From positions 310,001 through 374,000 of the forward strand of contig JASANG010003005.1 of NCBI GenBank assembly GCA_030248215.1: DNA of 64,000 bases. The letters are read 5' to 3'. Below the pieces are notes generated by a model. That model was given only the letters and a program-made list of their open reading frames with translations, searched no databases and was not told the origin of the DNA. The stretch is from Enoplolaimus lenunculus (Eukaryota). Position 1 is the first letter of the stretch. Each line of letters starts with the position of its first letter. The position numbers and the translations under genes are program-made. Of this stretch, positions 48,301 to 61,565 are shown one piece after another.

Positions 48301-51300
48301 AGACACCGGTAACCTGACATATGACGAATAGAAAACAAAACACTCGATTCGGTTGCGTCATCCTTCGACACCGGTTACAGAATTATACCTGAGTAAACGT
48401 TGACCGAGAAGGTGGCTTCAAAGTCCGATACCACAGTTTAGTGAAGGGAAAATATGGGCCAAAGCATCATACAAGTATAAAATATTGCATACCGTAAAAG
48501 CGCGTAAACTTAAAATCGATTGAAACACGTTTTTGTGAGTCGCTGCATAGATATTTGGACCTCGCTACCGGAATATGTTGGCCAATCAAGCACTAATTAA
48601 GGCCCCAAACTGTTACGTGTTCAAAAACCGACTCCAAAAAATAAACCTTGATAAGATTTTAGCATTCAGTAGAAATAATTTAGGTTAGATGTAAGAGATC
48701 GTGTTCGCTTATTGTAATCATTTTTATTAACCGCATTTAAATCAGCAATAAGCAATGCTAACCTTGCCACTTGCACTACGTCATATATGCACATATTAGG
48801 TAACAGTATTATGTCACATTTACATGTACATTTGGTTAATAAATTGATTTTATTTTGATATGATTTTAATTAAAAATTGAAATTGCTTACCTGTTAAATG
48901 TGTCGCGTACCGCTTGCTCGCTGCCGCCAATGTATTTCGAAAGTAATTCGGGTCCCTAAATCAAATTACTTGCAACAAAATAGCAACGCCTGATCGAGGC
49001 AAATATTAGCGAACTAAACTTCGTACCCTCAAACGGCAAACATGTTCCTTATAAACCCTACAATAAGCTTGATACGACTAAATATTGCATTACAGAAAAC
49101 CTCTTGATTTGTCACTAACCTTCACAACAATAAAGTTGCTTCCACATTCTTTAGCTACAACCGATGCGAGCATAGTCTTTCCAACACCAGGATAACCATA
49201 CAACAGCACGCCACGCGGTAATCTAGTAGGGCTGCGTTGAAACAGGCCGGCATACTGAAACAAAGTTACATATACTTCTTACAACAAACACTTTGCATTC
49301 ACAGCGGTATGCCAACGTGCAAGCCCAATGTTCTTTCGAATTGACCAAAAACGCAGTAAATTCAGTAAAATTATACAACAAAAAGATAATCTTATAATCA
49401 TTTCCAATATAAGAACAGTTTTCAATAAGGCAAATCAAACAAGCTCAAAATCTTCTACGCCCTGGCAAAATATAGTCACATATTGTATAAACTAGCAAAA
49501 CGTCTATTCCTGCCACCGATTATAAAAAACTGCAATACTCTCAGTAATATAACATCCGATACAACCATGTTCCATGGACGTTTCGTTTAACCCGATTCGC
49601 GGCCACTTGTGCACAATACTCGGGCGCTATGATTTAATTAAATAACTCTCAGCCATCGTTCTGGCAATTTTACCTGTTATCCCCTTGAATCAAAATAGAC
49701 CATTGAAAAAATCATGTACGTACCGAAAGGAAGGCGGGAGCCAACAGCACTCGCCATCCGTAAATATTACTGTCAGCTTAACACAGGCTTACTGAACTGA
49801 CGTTAAATGTTTCCCAACCCTAAAGAGTCAAAACTGTAATTTTCTGCGTCCAGCTCCCACCAATCCAAATTCCTCTGTGATACGTGAGCGAAAAGTAGCA
49901 TTTAAAACAATAATTGAAAAGTTTCATTGAACGACAGTGGTGCAACTCTGTACCCAACAGGGATGGGAATTCTTGACGCCTAATAGTTATTATATTTTTT
50001 GATTTCAGGTAAATTCAACTGTTTCATTTTGTATACTAGTATGCAATAACCTTTTTAGTGTTAAAATTTTTGACCAATATTACTTTAAAGGGCGCAACAG
50101 CAGATTAAGCGTATTCCTAAGCCTAAGCCTACCCCTAAACGCTGCAAAGATGAATTCCTAAGCCTTAAAAACATTCAACTATTTTTAATGAAAGTAATTC
50201 TCAATCATAAGTTAGCCTAAAACACACTAACTTTCGAAGCTGTGGTTTCCAAATTCTGTTTATCAATAGTCATAATACTACAGTAAGGGTCGTACGAATA
50301 ATTTTCCGGTTAACCCCTAAAATGTTTCTTCTTTATTCAAAAACCATACGAACAGATTGCATGCAAAAAGTGTATTTTATCAACAGAACAAATTCACCAT
50401 CCGAAAATACTTAACGATGCAGCTTAGTAGGTAAAAGTCAAATTTTGATTCCGATTCCGGTACAGTTCCGACAAGGTTGTAAAGCATAATTTAAGAAGAA
50501 CTGATTCAGATGTATTCACATTTCAAAATCGCACGTCTGAAATTGAAGCAGTAAAACTTTTAAAAACATTTTGTACTGAAATATAATGTGGCAACGCATT
50601 CCTATTGATCTCAAACCAGCAACGAGACGATCATCTCAGATATGGCAATCGCCTAATGCAATGTACCACACTAATCAGCTGCCGATTTCTAAGTTGAAGC
50701 TTAATGACATCGTTGCTATGGCAACGAAATTTATGCCAACCAATCACAAACAGTTCTACAATACTCTGCTTGCGACCAAAGAAATAAAGGACGATATTTG
50801 ACTATGAGATTTAAAAAAACGGTAAATATCACTCGACTTGTACCTGTTTTACCGTTTTGCAAGAAAATGCTCCGAGAATTAAGCTGTATAATGTCGTATA
50901 CTTCTGCTCTAAGATTACCCCAAAACGGTGCTAACCGCAAGGGATTATTAAGTTTTTTACAATTTTGCGGCACAACTTTGCTCAACCCAAACGACCGGTT
51001 TAGACTACCATAACACAAAAACCAAAATACTCTTTTAACTTTTATACTCATTAATTAATATACAAAAATAACTCAGCAATTCGCTTTTTTACATTTCCTC
51101 AAATTCCGAAAAATGAACGGTTAGCTTGTTTTTACTTTTGCGTACTGAAATATAGTTTGTGCTCAGTAGTAAACTTTAGGTTACCTTCATAGGCATTACT
51201 AACATATCGTTGATCTGTTTTCGAATACGCGTCATGCCTCCAATATCGTTCCAACAATACTTTGTTTTAGGTGTGTATTTAGCTGTATCACCCATAAAGC

Positions 51301-54300
51301 GTGGCGTAAACGATTTGAGCGTTTGCGTAATGTCATCAAATGACACAACGTTGTCTTGACTTGTATCGTCTAAACAGAGAACACTTTGATTTCATGCTGA
51401 TAAAAGTGTGGGGCAGTGGTAGGACTTACATTTGTTTTATTTTTATAAACCACCATGAGTAAAACAGGTTCGGACGAAACAATATGCATATTTATTCACT
51501 GTCTTAAAATATAATAATGATTATCACAAACAAACCAACTCTGATCGACCGAGATCCCACATTCTCAAACAATTGTATCAGTTTTCAGTTGGGTCACCTG
51601 TAGTATTTCTGCTTCTAGTAACATGCGCAAATTTTCATTAAAATCCTTTGAACCTCCACCTACTAAATATTATGGATTCATCCATGCAAGCTAAGTTGCT
51701 AGCCGGGTACCGAAATTACGCTAAAACGCTTACAGCCATTAAGTAAAAATAATTGTGTGCAATGAGAAGCTGTAAATTAGCGAATCAATCGCACCGCTTT
51801 GGAAATAAAAAATATTGAACGTTTTAACAAACCGTAAGTCCATCGACCCGCGGAATATATAGTCAGTTGACGATTAAACTCGACAAAATCAGCAATCGTA
51901 AATCCTTCTGTTTTCTTAACAGTCTCCGCCATTTCCTGTCTCGATAACAAGTGACTCACGTGGCTTTCTTCAAGTAATTTTTGAATTAGGTCCTTTCGAG
52001 CTTCCTAAAATTACACACACATGCGCGTTAATAAACCGTAATATTATGTAATTCTGTTGGTTTCCGTGAACACTGCAGTTTTTCGGTCTGGTTATGAATT
52101 GCAGGGTGTCAACGGAATACCGATTCGAGCTAAAATTCAGGTAAAAGTTTTTCCGATGCCGGCTGAGTGTTATTCCGATGACACAACTGCGGCAAACTCG
52201 GTTTTGTGTCTTTTTTACAAACTTCGATCGTCTTAGTATAGACAAAGATTTTAGTTAAGCGTTTGACTGGATAAACTGCAAATTATCAAAATTGATTACA
52301 TAAATGGCTAAAATTACACATTTACCTCATTAAATGGCTTCAGCTTCACTGTGGTCGAAAACAGACCGTTTAACACTGCGAGATGAACAGAGGATCCTAA
52401 ATCCCGAGGTTCCGACGCAAACGTGGTCTTTGACGTTGCAACAATGAACATTTTACAGCACGTATCTATCGATTCGATCAATTTAGAAAAAACTAAAAAA
52501 ATTCGACATTTGTATGTAACTAATATAATTATTTAACTTTTAAGCCCTATTTACACGTGCAAGTTTTGCTGCGAGAACTGGCAGCTGCAAGTTGCACTTG
52601 CAAGCTTTGTCCAAATTCCCGTTCGAAGTACTACTTGCTGCTGCAAATAATTCATTAAAAATCATAGCTAGGAATTTAGTTCACATATGTGAATAACCGC
52701 GCAAGTTCGCTGAATTTATTGCAGCCGCTTTCTCATTGGCTGATGAAATAATGGCAGTTTTGCGTGCAATTTGATGCTGCAAGTTCTCGCAGCAAAAACT
52801 TGCACGTGAGAACAGGGCTTAACACTAAAACGTTTGTGCATTACCTGCCGTGCAAAACAGTAAAAGCTTGGCCTGAGCCCATAGTGCATTGTGTATTCGA
52901 TTAGTTTTTATACTACGAAAAAACGTATACAATGTAGTTCCATTCGCTTGCTTAGTCCCTCTCAAAAACTAAAGGATCACATCTTTTCAGATAATAACAC
53001 TAATGGAAAAGCAACTAGTTTGTACGTCATTCAGGTATACAACATCGAATCTGCATACTCCAGCCACAAATGGAATATAAAGTTGCCGGTTAATGACACA
53101 TAACAATAAATAGCAACGATGCTTACAATTTCTCTGAAACAACTTTGGTGCTACCAAAGATGTGAACAACACTACAACAGTGGAACAATCAAAGTCTCTT
53201 ACCATTAATGTAACCATCTTTCATAATATTAAGACCAGGCATATTAACGTCTAATGTAGCCGAAGCAGTGCATACACTGTCCAAATTGTCAAATAACAAT
53301 AATGCTGGCTGTCGATTGATGCATTTTGCTAGTTCTAAACGCAATAAATTGCGTACTGCATCTAGCGTTTTGCCTAAAAACTAGAAGCAATATTGGCATT
53401 CTGGCAATAGATAAAAAGTATTTTTATCATTTTCAAGTAGGTATTTAGTAGTAAATCAGGTTTGTACACAAAAACAAGGTTTCTGAGTTATCAGACGTTT
53501 GGAATTTCTCATCACTTCATATTATATTAGTCACCCCAGGCGAGGGAATTGACCAAGTTTCGTTGTTATCTGTCTAGAAAATTATTTCTCCCATTGCACC
53601 CTGTATGACTAGTGGATACTGCACAACAATAAACTATGAGAACTAACCACATGTTCTGTGTTTCTATCTTTGACGGCCAATGTTACTTTTAGGAGCATAA
53701 CAATAGCTTAAACGATATTCCTAAGCCTAAACCTCAACATAAGGATTATTATATAACAAAGCATACACAAAAAAGATTATAAAGCCTAAGGTTTGTCTGT
53801 TACAGTCCAGCAACAAAACTGGTAGCCCCTAAAAGTAACATGAACCACATTAAACACAAAACACTCTTTTCAAACATAATTCCCAAAATACTGACTTTTC
53901 AAGACAACACAATCAACGTAGCGGCAATAAATGCACTGAGGCCATTCTTTCGCCCAATCTTCCAAACGAGTAAGTAACATCGTTTTTCCGGAACCAGAAT
54001 CGCCAGTAACAATCAAGTGTCTTTTCACAGCGCAGTCGCTCTCATTGTCCGTCAAAATAGCATTCTGGATTGCTTTTTTGATACCGTCAAACTCAGTAAC
54101 GTATGTGCTAGAACACATTTCTACAGCAATTACTTTGGTTGCAAAAATAATTTTTTACAGTCGTAATCTTAGTAACAGAGCAGTTAGTTTTGAGTAGAAA
54201 GGAAAAATCAAAATTATCCCACCACGTACCACAGTCTACACTTCAGAGTTATAAATCCTTCAAAACGATACAAACTTATGCTAAAACAAACTATTTGACT

Positions 54301-57300
54301 GTGCTCTCAGAAGAAAAGTTTTAGCCCCGTTTGCAAGTAATATTAATATTTCCATCGTCTGCCCCACGTAAAGTTGTTTTGGCATCCTGGTCATAATAGG
54401 TTAAGCTGGCTACAGGCCTGTCCGTATATCTGTTCTCCGAAAGAACAGAGCAATTGTGAGTTCACACAAACACAATTCAACATAAAACAATGCAAGACGT
54501 CCGAAAGTTACTAATTTGCCTATTAAAATGTAATCTTCTTTTCTACAGTTTAACTGATTATGAATCATTTGCCATATAACCGAAATATTTCGGTTCCTGT
54601 ATCTTTGAATGCAAGAGCAGGAAGAGAAACAGGAATTTGAGCCGGAACAAGAATTCCGGTGGAATCCTGTTATGTAATATCTAAAAATATGGCTAAAATA
54701 TGCCATTATTATACCATCAATACTGAAAACTTACTCAATCAGTTTCCCAGTTTTTGAAAACGGTATCGCTAGTTCATCAAGACTAGTTTGTTTCGACACA
54801 CGGTTTTTTGGCATCGTTATCCATGAAAACTTCACTGTATCGATATGATTGTCATTGAGGACGGTATAAGCCGATGTCAAGTTCGTGCTGCTACCTTTCC
54901 ACTCACATTTCACACGGCAAATGTTGTCAGCATTTGCTAATAGGCCTAAAATTAATTGGACAATATCGAATAATATAATTTGTAAAATTTTTCAAAACAA
55001 TAACAAAACAACTACACTGCTAAAGAAGTCCAGAACCAAACTAAAACACATTTTAGCATAAGACAGGTTGTTTCCACAACCAACAGTTCTTGTGAAAGAA
55101 AGATACAATGGCTGAGTTTCTGAAATGTTACTTAAATATTTACTAAGTTATACTTAAGTAATTATTTAAGTCGCCAACTTAAGTAAATACTTAAATTTTC
55201 GAGCAAAAACCAATAAACGCCAAATGTCAGCCACTGTCATAGCAAGAAATTAATAGTTTGTTTTGCTTTATATTGAGGAAGGACCTATAATCTACAAATT
55301 TTAATTTGACCAAGGTTAGTATGCCTAATGGTAAATTTGTATCTATCAAATTTAGTCAGCGACTTCAGTATTTTCTTAACTTAAGTACGCTCTTAAAACG
55401 ACAAAATGGTTAAGTAACTACTTAACACGTCCTTAAGTACTAAGTCGTACTTAAGTAGGGTTTTGGAAACCCAGCCATTGTCCCCTTAAAAGTGATAACT
55501 ACTTTCAAGTGTAGTTAAATATAAAATCACTCCATCAAATTTATAACCAACAGTAATAAACATTACGATACAAATTTGTAGTGCTACATTGCTAATTATG
55601 GCTAATCGACACCAATCATACCATTAGTATCCGAGGACCCAAGCGACAAAATAGTGGTTGAACTGACACATAAAGGCCAATGACTACATGACGTATCGTG
55701 TAAAACTCGCTTTAATCGTTGCCGTATGTGAACTAAATCCTGCGGCACACCCATCGCCTAAAATAAAAGAACAGAAATCGATTAAAAGACAAAAAATATT
55801 GCCGCAATGCTTTATTTGAGCTGCCGATGACAATGAACTACAATGAGTTTACTTTACTCTTAAACAACTCATTACCGCTAACGTTTCCAGACCTTCTGAA
55901 TCATCACAATACATATTTTATTGAGTATGAAACATTAAAACAAGACAAAACAAAAGTAAATTTTAGACTATTAATGATTCGACTTTCGTCACGTTTTAAA
56001 AATATTACATTCACCAGTGACAGCGATCATTAATTGAAACCATTCATGAGCGCTGTCAGCATATGAGTTGGAGTGTGCAAGTAGGTCTCGTTGACAAAAC
56101 GACGTGTGACAATGCGACATATTAAGCAACATTTTTGCTATATAAACTGACCAATATAAAATCAGTTGTAAAACGCAAAGCGGTACAGCTGCACCTTCAT
56201 TGCACATACATGCCGGCGCCTATGAAAACATTCTACATGTGTGAAACTGCCCCCAAACTGCCGTCAGTTTAAAACCAACAAGCAGTAATAGCAAGTACCT
56301 CTGAATCCTTTTCAAATGATATTGATTCGAGATCGTTTCTATCTTTGAGACTTGGGGCAAATTCCAACGCCACTCGTTCAAAGTGTTCAAATTTTAATTT
56401 CGAAGCAGCCGCATCCGAAATTGCAAAATGCCCAGGCAGTAAACGTTGATTCCAGTAGCAGCATGCATAGCGCTTATCAATATTCTCAACGCAAATATCC
56501 TGCTGACATAAATTCGAGCATGAGGTACGACTTGTCTTACTTGAGCCCGCAGGGCAGTCAATCGCTCCGACTGAAACCACTCTGACTAAAACGCTGTGAG
56601 ACAAGACGTCATCTGCTTCCTTCTGTTTTGTCATTCCGGGTTCAATCTGATTTATAGCGCCTTGGCCAGCTTTTCTAATGGTCGAACTTGGTTTATTCAG
56701 TTTGTTGTCAGTCTGTAGTTTTTGAATGCGAGCAAATAATACACGCCCTCCATAATTTGGACCGTTGCTGTGAACCCAACGTTCCCCAAAATAGGATGCT
56801 AAATCAGATGTCCGGACGAACACAACGTTCGGCTGCAGTAAGCACTTTACACAATCCTGCTGACAAAAACACTCCGTAAGCGTCAAATTATCAACTGCAA
56901 TGCCCTTGAAATGATTAAAACTTAAATGCCTCCACCAAACACCTGTATCGGTTAACAAATCTGGCTGATACCGCAATACCAATGGCTGGGAAACTTTTTT
57001 GGCGACAAAACATTCATCAAACACCACTTCAGCTGTTTCTTCTACAGAATGACCATACAGTAAACTTTTAACATAATCGAACATTACAGTAACAGGGGAT
57101 GACGATGGCAGTTCATTGAAATCCGACTGTGGACTACAAAACCAAGTCTGAGGATTATATATCATCAGTTTGTTTTCAGACTCGCCCAATGTGGCTTTGG
57201 TTTGAGAAACTGAAGTAGCGTCTGATTGTGTAGATTGCATAATGTCCAAATTAACAGTTACAAACGTTGACTGGTTAAGCTCAACACAGTCTGTTAACGG

Positions 57301-57858
57301 CGTGTGTTGTTCTAAAATAAGCACAGGGTGTTCTTAAAATCACCGTATACGGACAAGAACTATAACAATTCTATGTAATTTTTGCTACGTATCGCATATT
57401 ATTTTGCAGGGTATTACCTTGCCAATATGTGGAAAAACAATCAGTAAAGTTCTGTCTTCCCAGGAAGAGATAGACAAAATTGGCTTGCACAGATACGATT
57501 TATGTTGCACTTTGGTTTGGTGGCAAAAAATATTAAATCAAAGTTTTCAATAAGCATTATTGCTTTCCAGAGTAATCTAGATATGTTACTCAATACTTGT
57601 GCCAATCTTGATCTTCTGGGCCATGCATTCCAGCGAGATAAAACAATTCGATTTGAAATGCGTATTTTTGTTAAAACTTTAGATCTTCAAACTGGGCTCT
57701 TATTTATGTCCTAAACTGCGTCAAATGAATGATGCACTTCAAACTTCTCAGCAACTGAGTCAAAATCTGTCGTTACGTTGAAGAAATACTGCAAAATGAA
57801 AAGTATTCATGGAAAACTCATGCACACGCAATACCATAGTCCGTAAAGGCAACAGAAA

Positions 57859-57942
<84 letters not shown>

Positions 57943-59994
57943 CATATATATTGCTCAGTTAATGTTTATAAATACGCAAACCTGCTCGCAAAAAAATCAA
58001 GGTTCCATGATCGATCCAGCACGGAAACACGACGCCAGAGTAAATTAATCTGATTTGTTCGAGCATAACAGTTTCAACTTCTTCCTTTCGAAGCAACTGA
58101 AATATGTTTATAATAATATTACATAACAGACTTGGTGATAAATAAAAGCCGTTTTGAAACTACAGACATAATATAACAAGCTGAATTTATTGTTCTCGTT
58201 TGTTTTTCAAACATTATTTTCCTCTGCCAAGATTCGCTTCAACTTCTCGTATAAAGTTCCACTTCGACAACGTAAACGCTTCAAATACAAAAGCTAAAAC
58301 ACTTTACAATTTCCATAAATTTATAGCACTTACCAAAATGTCGCGATCATCTTCGGAGTATGGTTGCAAAACAAGGGAATCACATTGCGGGACGGTAGGT
58401 AATCGCTCTGCCAAAACCTAAAACAATCAACAAACGTATAACCGCGCTCGGTATTGTACAACGTTCGTACTGCTTATGAAAAAGTTGACTGATGTTTCGA
58501 ATACGCCAAGGATTAGTCATAACTGGTTCGAGTTGGCATGCAGCCTAAAAATGTTTTGTGAATGCTCATTATTTCCAGCGAGTTAACTACATGCAATTTC
58601 GGCACGATTAAAACTTTACGCACGTAAATTGTTACATAGCTAAACTGTTCTGTTTACATTAGAGTTACAGTTTCGAGATATCACACTACTACGAATCAAT
58701 CTCAGTACGGTTCCTTCATCATCTAATGTCTAAATGTTTATCCACTAATCTACAAGATTACCGCGGACAACTGCACAATTTACGCTAATACGCAACGTAC
58801 TTTTGAGCCAGCGCACAAACCAATTTTCGTTGAAAACCATCCATTTATTGCCAACACCGGTTGAACGTCGAGCGGTGTAGACTTGAGACAAATAGCGCTT
58901 AAATAAACAACTCTTCTTTCACTGTTACCGTTAGCTGAATCAATAACAATGCGATAGTGTGACAAGCCAGTCTAAAAAATTTTTTAAATCAATAACAAAA
59001 CATATTGGCTGGTTTGCACAGACACAACATAAGTCGATTTTTTTTACTTTATGTCGAATTTTAATATACGTCACGAAACAAACGTATGTAGTAACATTAA
59101 ATGTTGAAGGCTTCCATGAATGCACACTTCCAAATGGAATTATTTTCCATAGTTAGGAGTAGGATTGGAGGTTCAAAAATAGTTTTGACAAGCAGAAATG
59201 TTTACTGAAAAACTCTGACATAAGCAAAAGCTATAAAACTTAACTAAAATATTGACTCAGGTATAACTCGAACTTAAGTCATGTCTCTCCAACTATCACT
59301 GATATTGCATAAAAACGCTCTAAACATTACGTTTGAACTCTGGCCAATTTACAAAAATCTACACAACAAATTAGTAGTGAAAATGAAATTTTAAACATTA
59401 ATACATATGCACCAAGACGTACTATTGTCTCGCGAATTTTTAAATTAGCAAGCAGAAAACCACAAAAATGCGGGTGAACAAAAACTTTTGATACTTAATC
59501 AGCCGAAACAATAATTTTTTGGTTACTTTTTGACGCAAAAATGTCTAAACAAAGTGAAATTGCCCCACATATGGCAGCCTGCCACACGAGGCGGCCAAAT
59601 CCATTCTGTCACATGGGTCGCACACCCTTGCACCTCTGTAATAGCCCCTGCTACACCTCAAATACTATATCCTTCATCGTTAAATCGGCCCATGTTACTT
59701 TAAGGGGCGTCCAGGTTTCGGACGGGTCTATAAAAGAGATTCTAGATTACATGTTTTTGCGTAGACTTAGGCTTATGCTTAGAAATATGCTTAATATACT
59801 GTTACGCCCCTTAAAGTAACATTGGCAGTTAAATCTATCATCAGTAAAACTAAAGCAATAAATCCAAACACAAAGCCAAACTTTTTCAACCTTACTTGTT
59901 GCGATGTTATCCCAGTTATTGATCCGAAGCAATTTTTGGCATGAGCACTGTTTTCAACGAAGACACCGAACGAAGCCAAGGATCTACTCATCAT
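45334..59994 (-). CDS. PEX1: Peroxisome biogenesis AAA-ATPase PEX1 (nematode prx-1), 17 exons, about 1189 aa
   Basis: Exons (minus strand, 5' to 3'): 59994-59896, 58971-58801, 58417-58334, 58096-57982, 57311-56299, 55757-55622, 54945-54735, 54107-53896 (acceptor ambiguous), 53373-53203, 52492-52326, 52004-51833, 51369-51185, 49254-49120, 48955-48891, 47585-47526, 46506-46012, 45412-45334. N-domain ([11 protein letters not shown]...[19 protein letters not shown]); D1 Walker A GDSGSGKT and degenerate Walker B LLFDNLD; D2 [67 protein letters not shown]-terminal GSKVTLA* typical of PEX1. Confidence 0.92.
46907..47127. mobile_element. Near-palindromic MITE of about 200 bp with TIR CACTG(C/T)AAAAAATGGTGAGTCAA and 2-bp TSD (CMC/EnSpm-like)
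   Basis: TA flanks here. Homologs at about 8968-9220, 15288-15472, 21920-22138, 31481-31689 (CA flanks), 36743-36939, 45612-45925 and 60200-60281 (partial). Confidence 0.8.
47657..47868 (+). mobile_element. TTAGGC-carrying Merlin-like MITE (subtype i) in a PEX1 intron
   Basis: Perfect TSD CACCACAC. Confidence 0.88.
50360..50801 (+). pseudogene. Possible degenerate DNA-transposase C-terminal remnant, antisense within a PEX1 intron
   Basis: ORF ...[39 protein letters not shown] fits a P-x-Y...PIxxxKxxDxxx...PxxHxxFYxxL tail that I recall from invertebrate transposon-derived proteins; the upstream frame is interrupted. Not verified by any search. Confidence 0.3.
55110..55476. mobile_element. 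GGCTGGGTTTC-TIR MITE in a PEX1 intron
   Basis: Homologous to 14543-14882. Confidence 0.78.
57863..57950. repeat. (TA)n microsatellite in PEX1 intron 4
   Basis: Directly visible. Confidence 0.95.
59687..59827 (-). mobile_element. TTAGGC-family Merlin-like MITE (subtype ii) in PEX1 intron 1
   Basis: Perfect TSD GTTAAATC. Confidence 0.85.
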
Positions 59995-60463
59995 CGCACA
60001 TCATTAAGGGGGGACACTCGATCGATCCAGTGCTAACACATGATAAATTTAGTTTAAAATTTTGTGATTTTATAATATTGCTATAAACCACCCAGGTTAA
60101 AGCTAATGTATTATTCGGATCGCAACCGGAAATCTATATTACTAAAGCTGAAACGCTTCACATAAACATTTTGGGCATCGGTACAGCTGACTTTTAGCTA
60201 TAGTCGAATTTGACTTAGTTTGTGTAGTCAGGAAAAGCCTATTTCGGAGAGAGTCAATTTGACTCACCAGTTTTTGCAGTGCAGGATTTCATTTCAAGAC
60301 AGTATATTAAAGAGCAATCATCAGAAGTTTTAGATTTAAATCAGGGGCCTATACAAGGGCCTCGATTTGATTAATAAGTTTAGAAAGTTAAAACATTTTG
60401 AAATCAAAGTGCACAGGAACTGCAATACGTATTTTATATGCTTGAAAGTTGCACAGTTTCGTC

Positions 60464-60635
60464 GGCCCATGTATAGAACAGGGCCGGATCGTTTTCCGGA
60501 GGGGCTATAATAGAGTCAGTTTAAGCTTTAGACTAATTTTTTGCTTAGGCTTAGACTTAGGAATAGGCTCATCCATACGCTTAGGCTTAGGAATATGCTT
60601 ATACTACTCTTCCGGCCCTGTTCTATACATGGGCC
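60464..60635 (-). mobile_element. TTAGGC-carrying Merlin-like MITE (subtype i)
   Basis: Perfect TIRs; TSD GTTTCGTC/ATTTCGTC. Confidence 0.85.
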
Positions 60636-61302
60636 ATTTCGTCAATACCGCTAGTCTATTAATTTTTTCTTAATACTACTGTGCATCATAAACTATTCAA
60701 TCCTTGCACGTTCCAACGAAGTGAAAAATGTCTGGGGCAGAGGTCAACAAATTATTAAGCGCCCTAAGAGCGTTTCAAAAACTTTCTTAAAGCCTCTCCT
60801 CAGACAAATTCAGCCATTAAAACATTGGGAAGCGCCGCAAATTATAAATAAGCTTACTGGAATACACTATTAAAAAAGTATTTGTACTTATCCAAAGTGC
60901 CGGGCCCTTCGGCAAACGTTCTAACTGAGCCAGTCTATTTTCCGCCGGACTAGGATCGTGACTTGCATTCTGAGTCAGTGGTGATTTTAGATGCCAAACC
61001 CTGCAAATGTCCGTTTTCTAAAGTGGCGCTATGGTACCAGACATCGTGCCGTGGTCATACAGCAGACCCGGAAGTCGACAAATTCTGCTGGAGGTGAAAC
61101 TAAATTAAGTAATAAAAAATAATTTGGACGTGCTCATTTCAATAATTTCGATTCACCCAAAAAATGAAAAACCTCTATTTCAGAATACATATAAAGGTAT
61201 CAAGCCATGTTGCTGAAGGTCAAACTCCAGTTACATATTCCCTGCGACAAACAATAAGCCCATTAGCTGTTTCACTGATAGAGTATACTATAAGCAACTT
61301 AA

Positions 61303-61565
61303 CCCTTTCACTCATACAGTATACTATAAGCAACTAAATACATTTATGTACGAGCAATACACACACTGTGAGCAGTGTTTAATATTTATAACATATATGC
61401 GCAGTGCAAAATCTCCACATGACATGAGAGCCTATTCGGGCTTGAGCGTCAAGCTGCTATAGCTCAGTGGTTATCGTAAACCCATCCCATCCGTGAGACT
61501 GGGGATCGAATCTTACTTTGAAATTACATCTCATATGAAATTGAAATTATTCATGTGAGAACGGG
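61303..61565 (+). mobile_element. Diverged 263-bp piggyBac-like tRNA-box MITE
   Basis: TTAA flanks; TAGCTCAGTGG and GGGATCGAATC boxes retained. Confidence 0.75.

Noticed and set aside
57312..57720. Extra PEX1 exon after the GTTTAG acceptor at 57710
   Set aside because: Stops occur early, and exons 58096-57982 and 57311-56299 already join in frame with continuous PEX1 similarity.
59040..59150. Alternative PEX1 start (ATG at 59150)
   Set aside because: In-frame stop after 17 codons. The 59994-59896 exon has a strong donor and PEX1-like AHAKNCF sequence.
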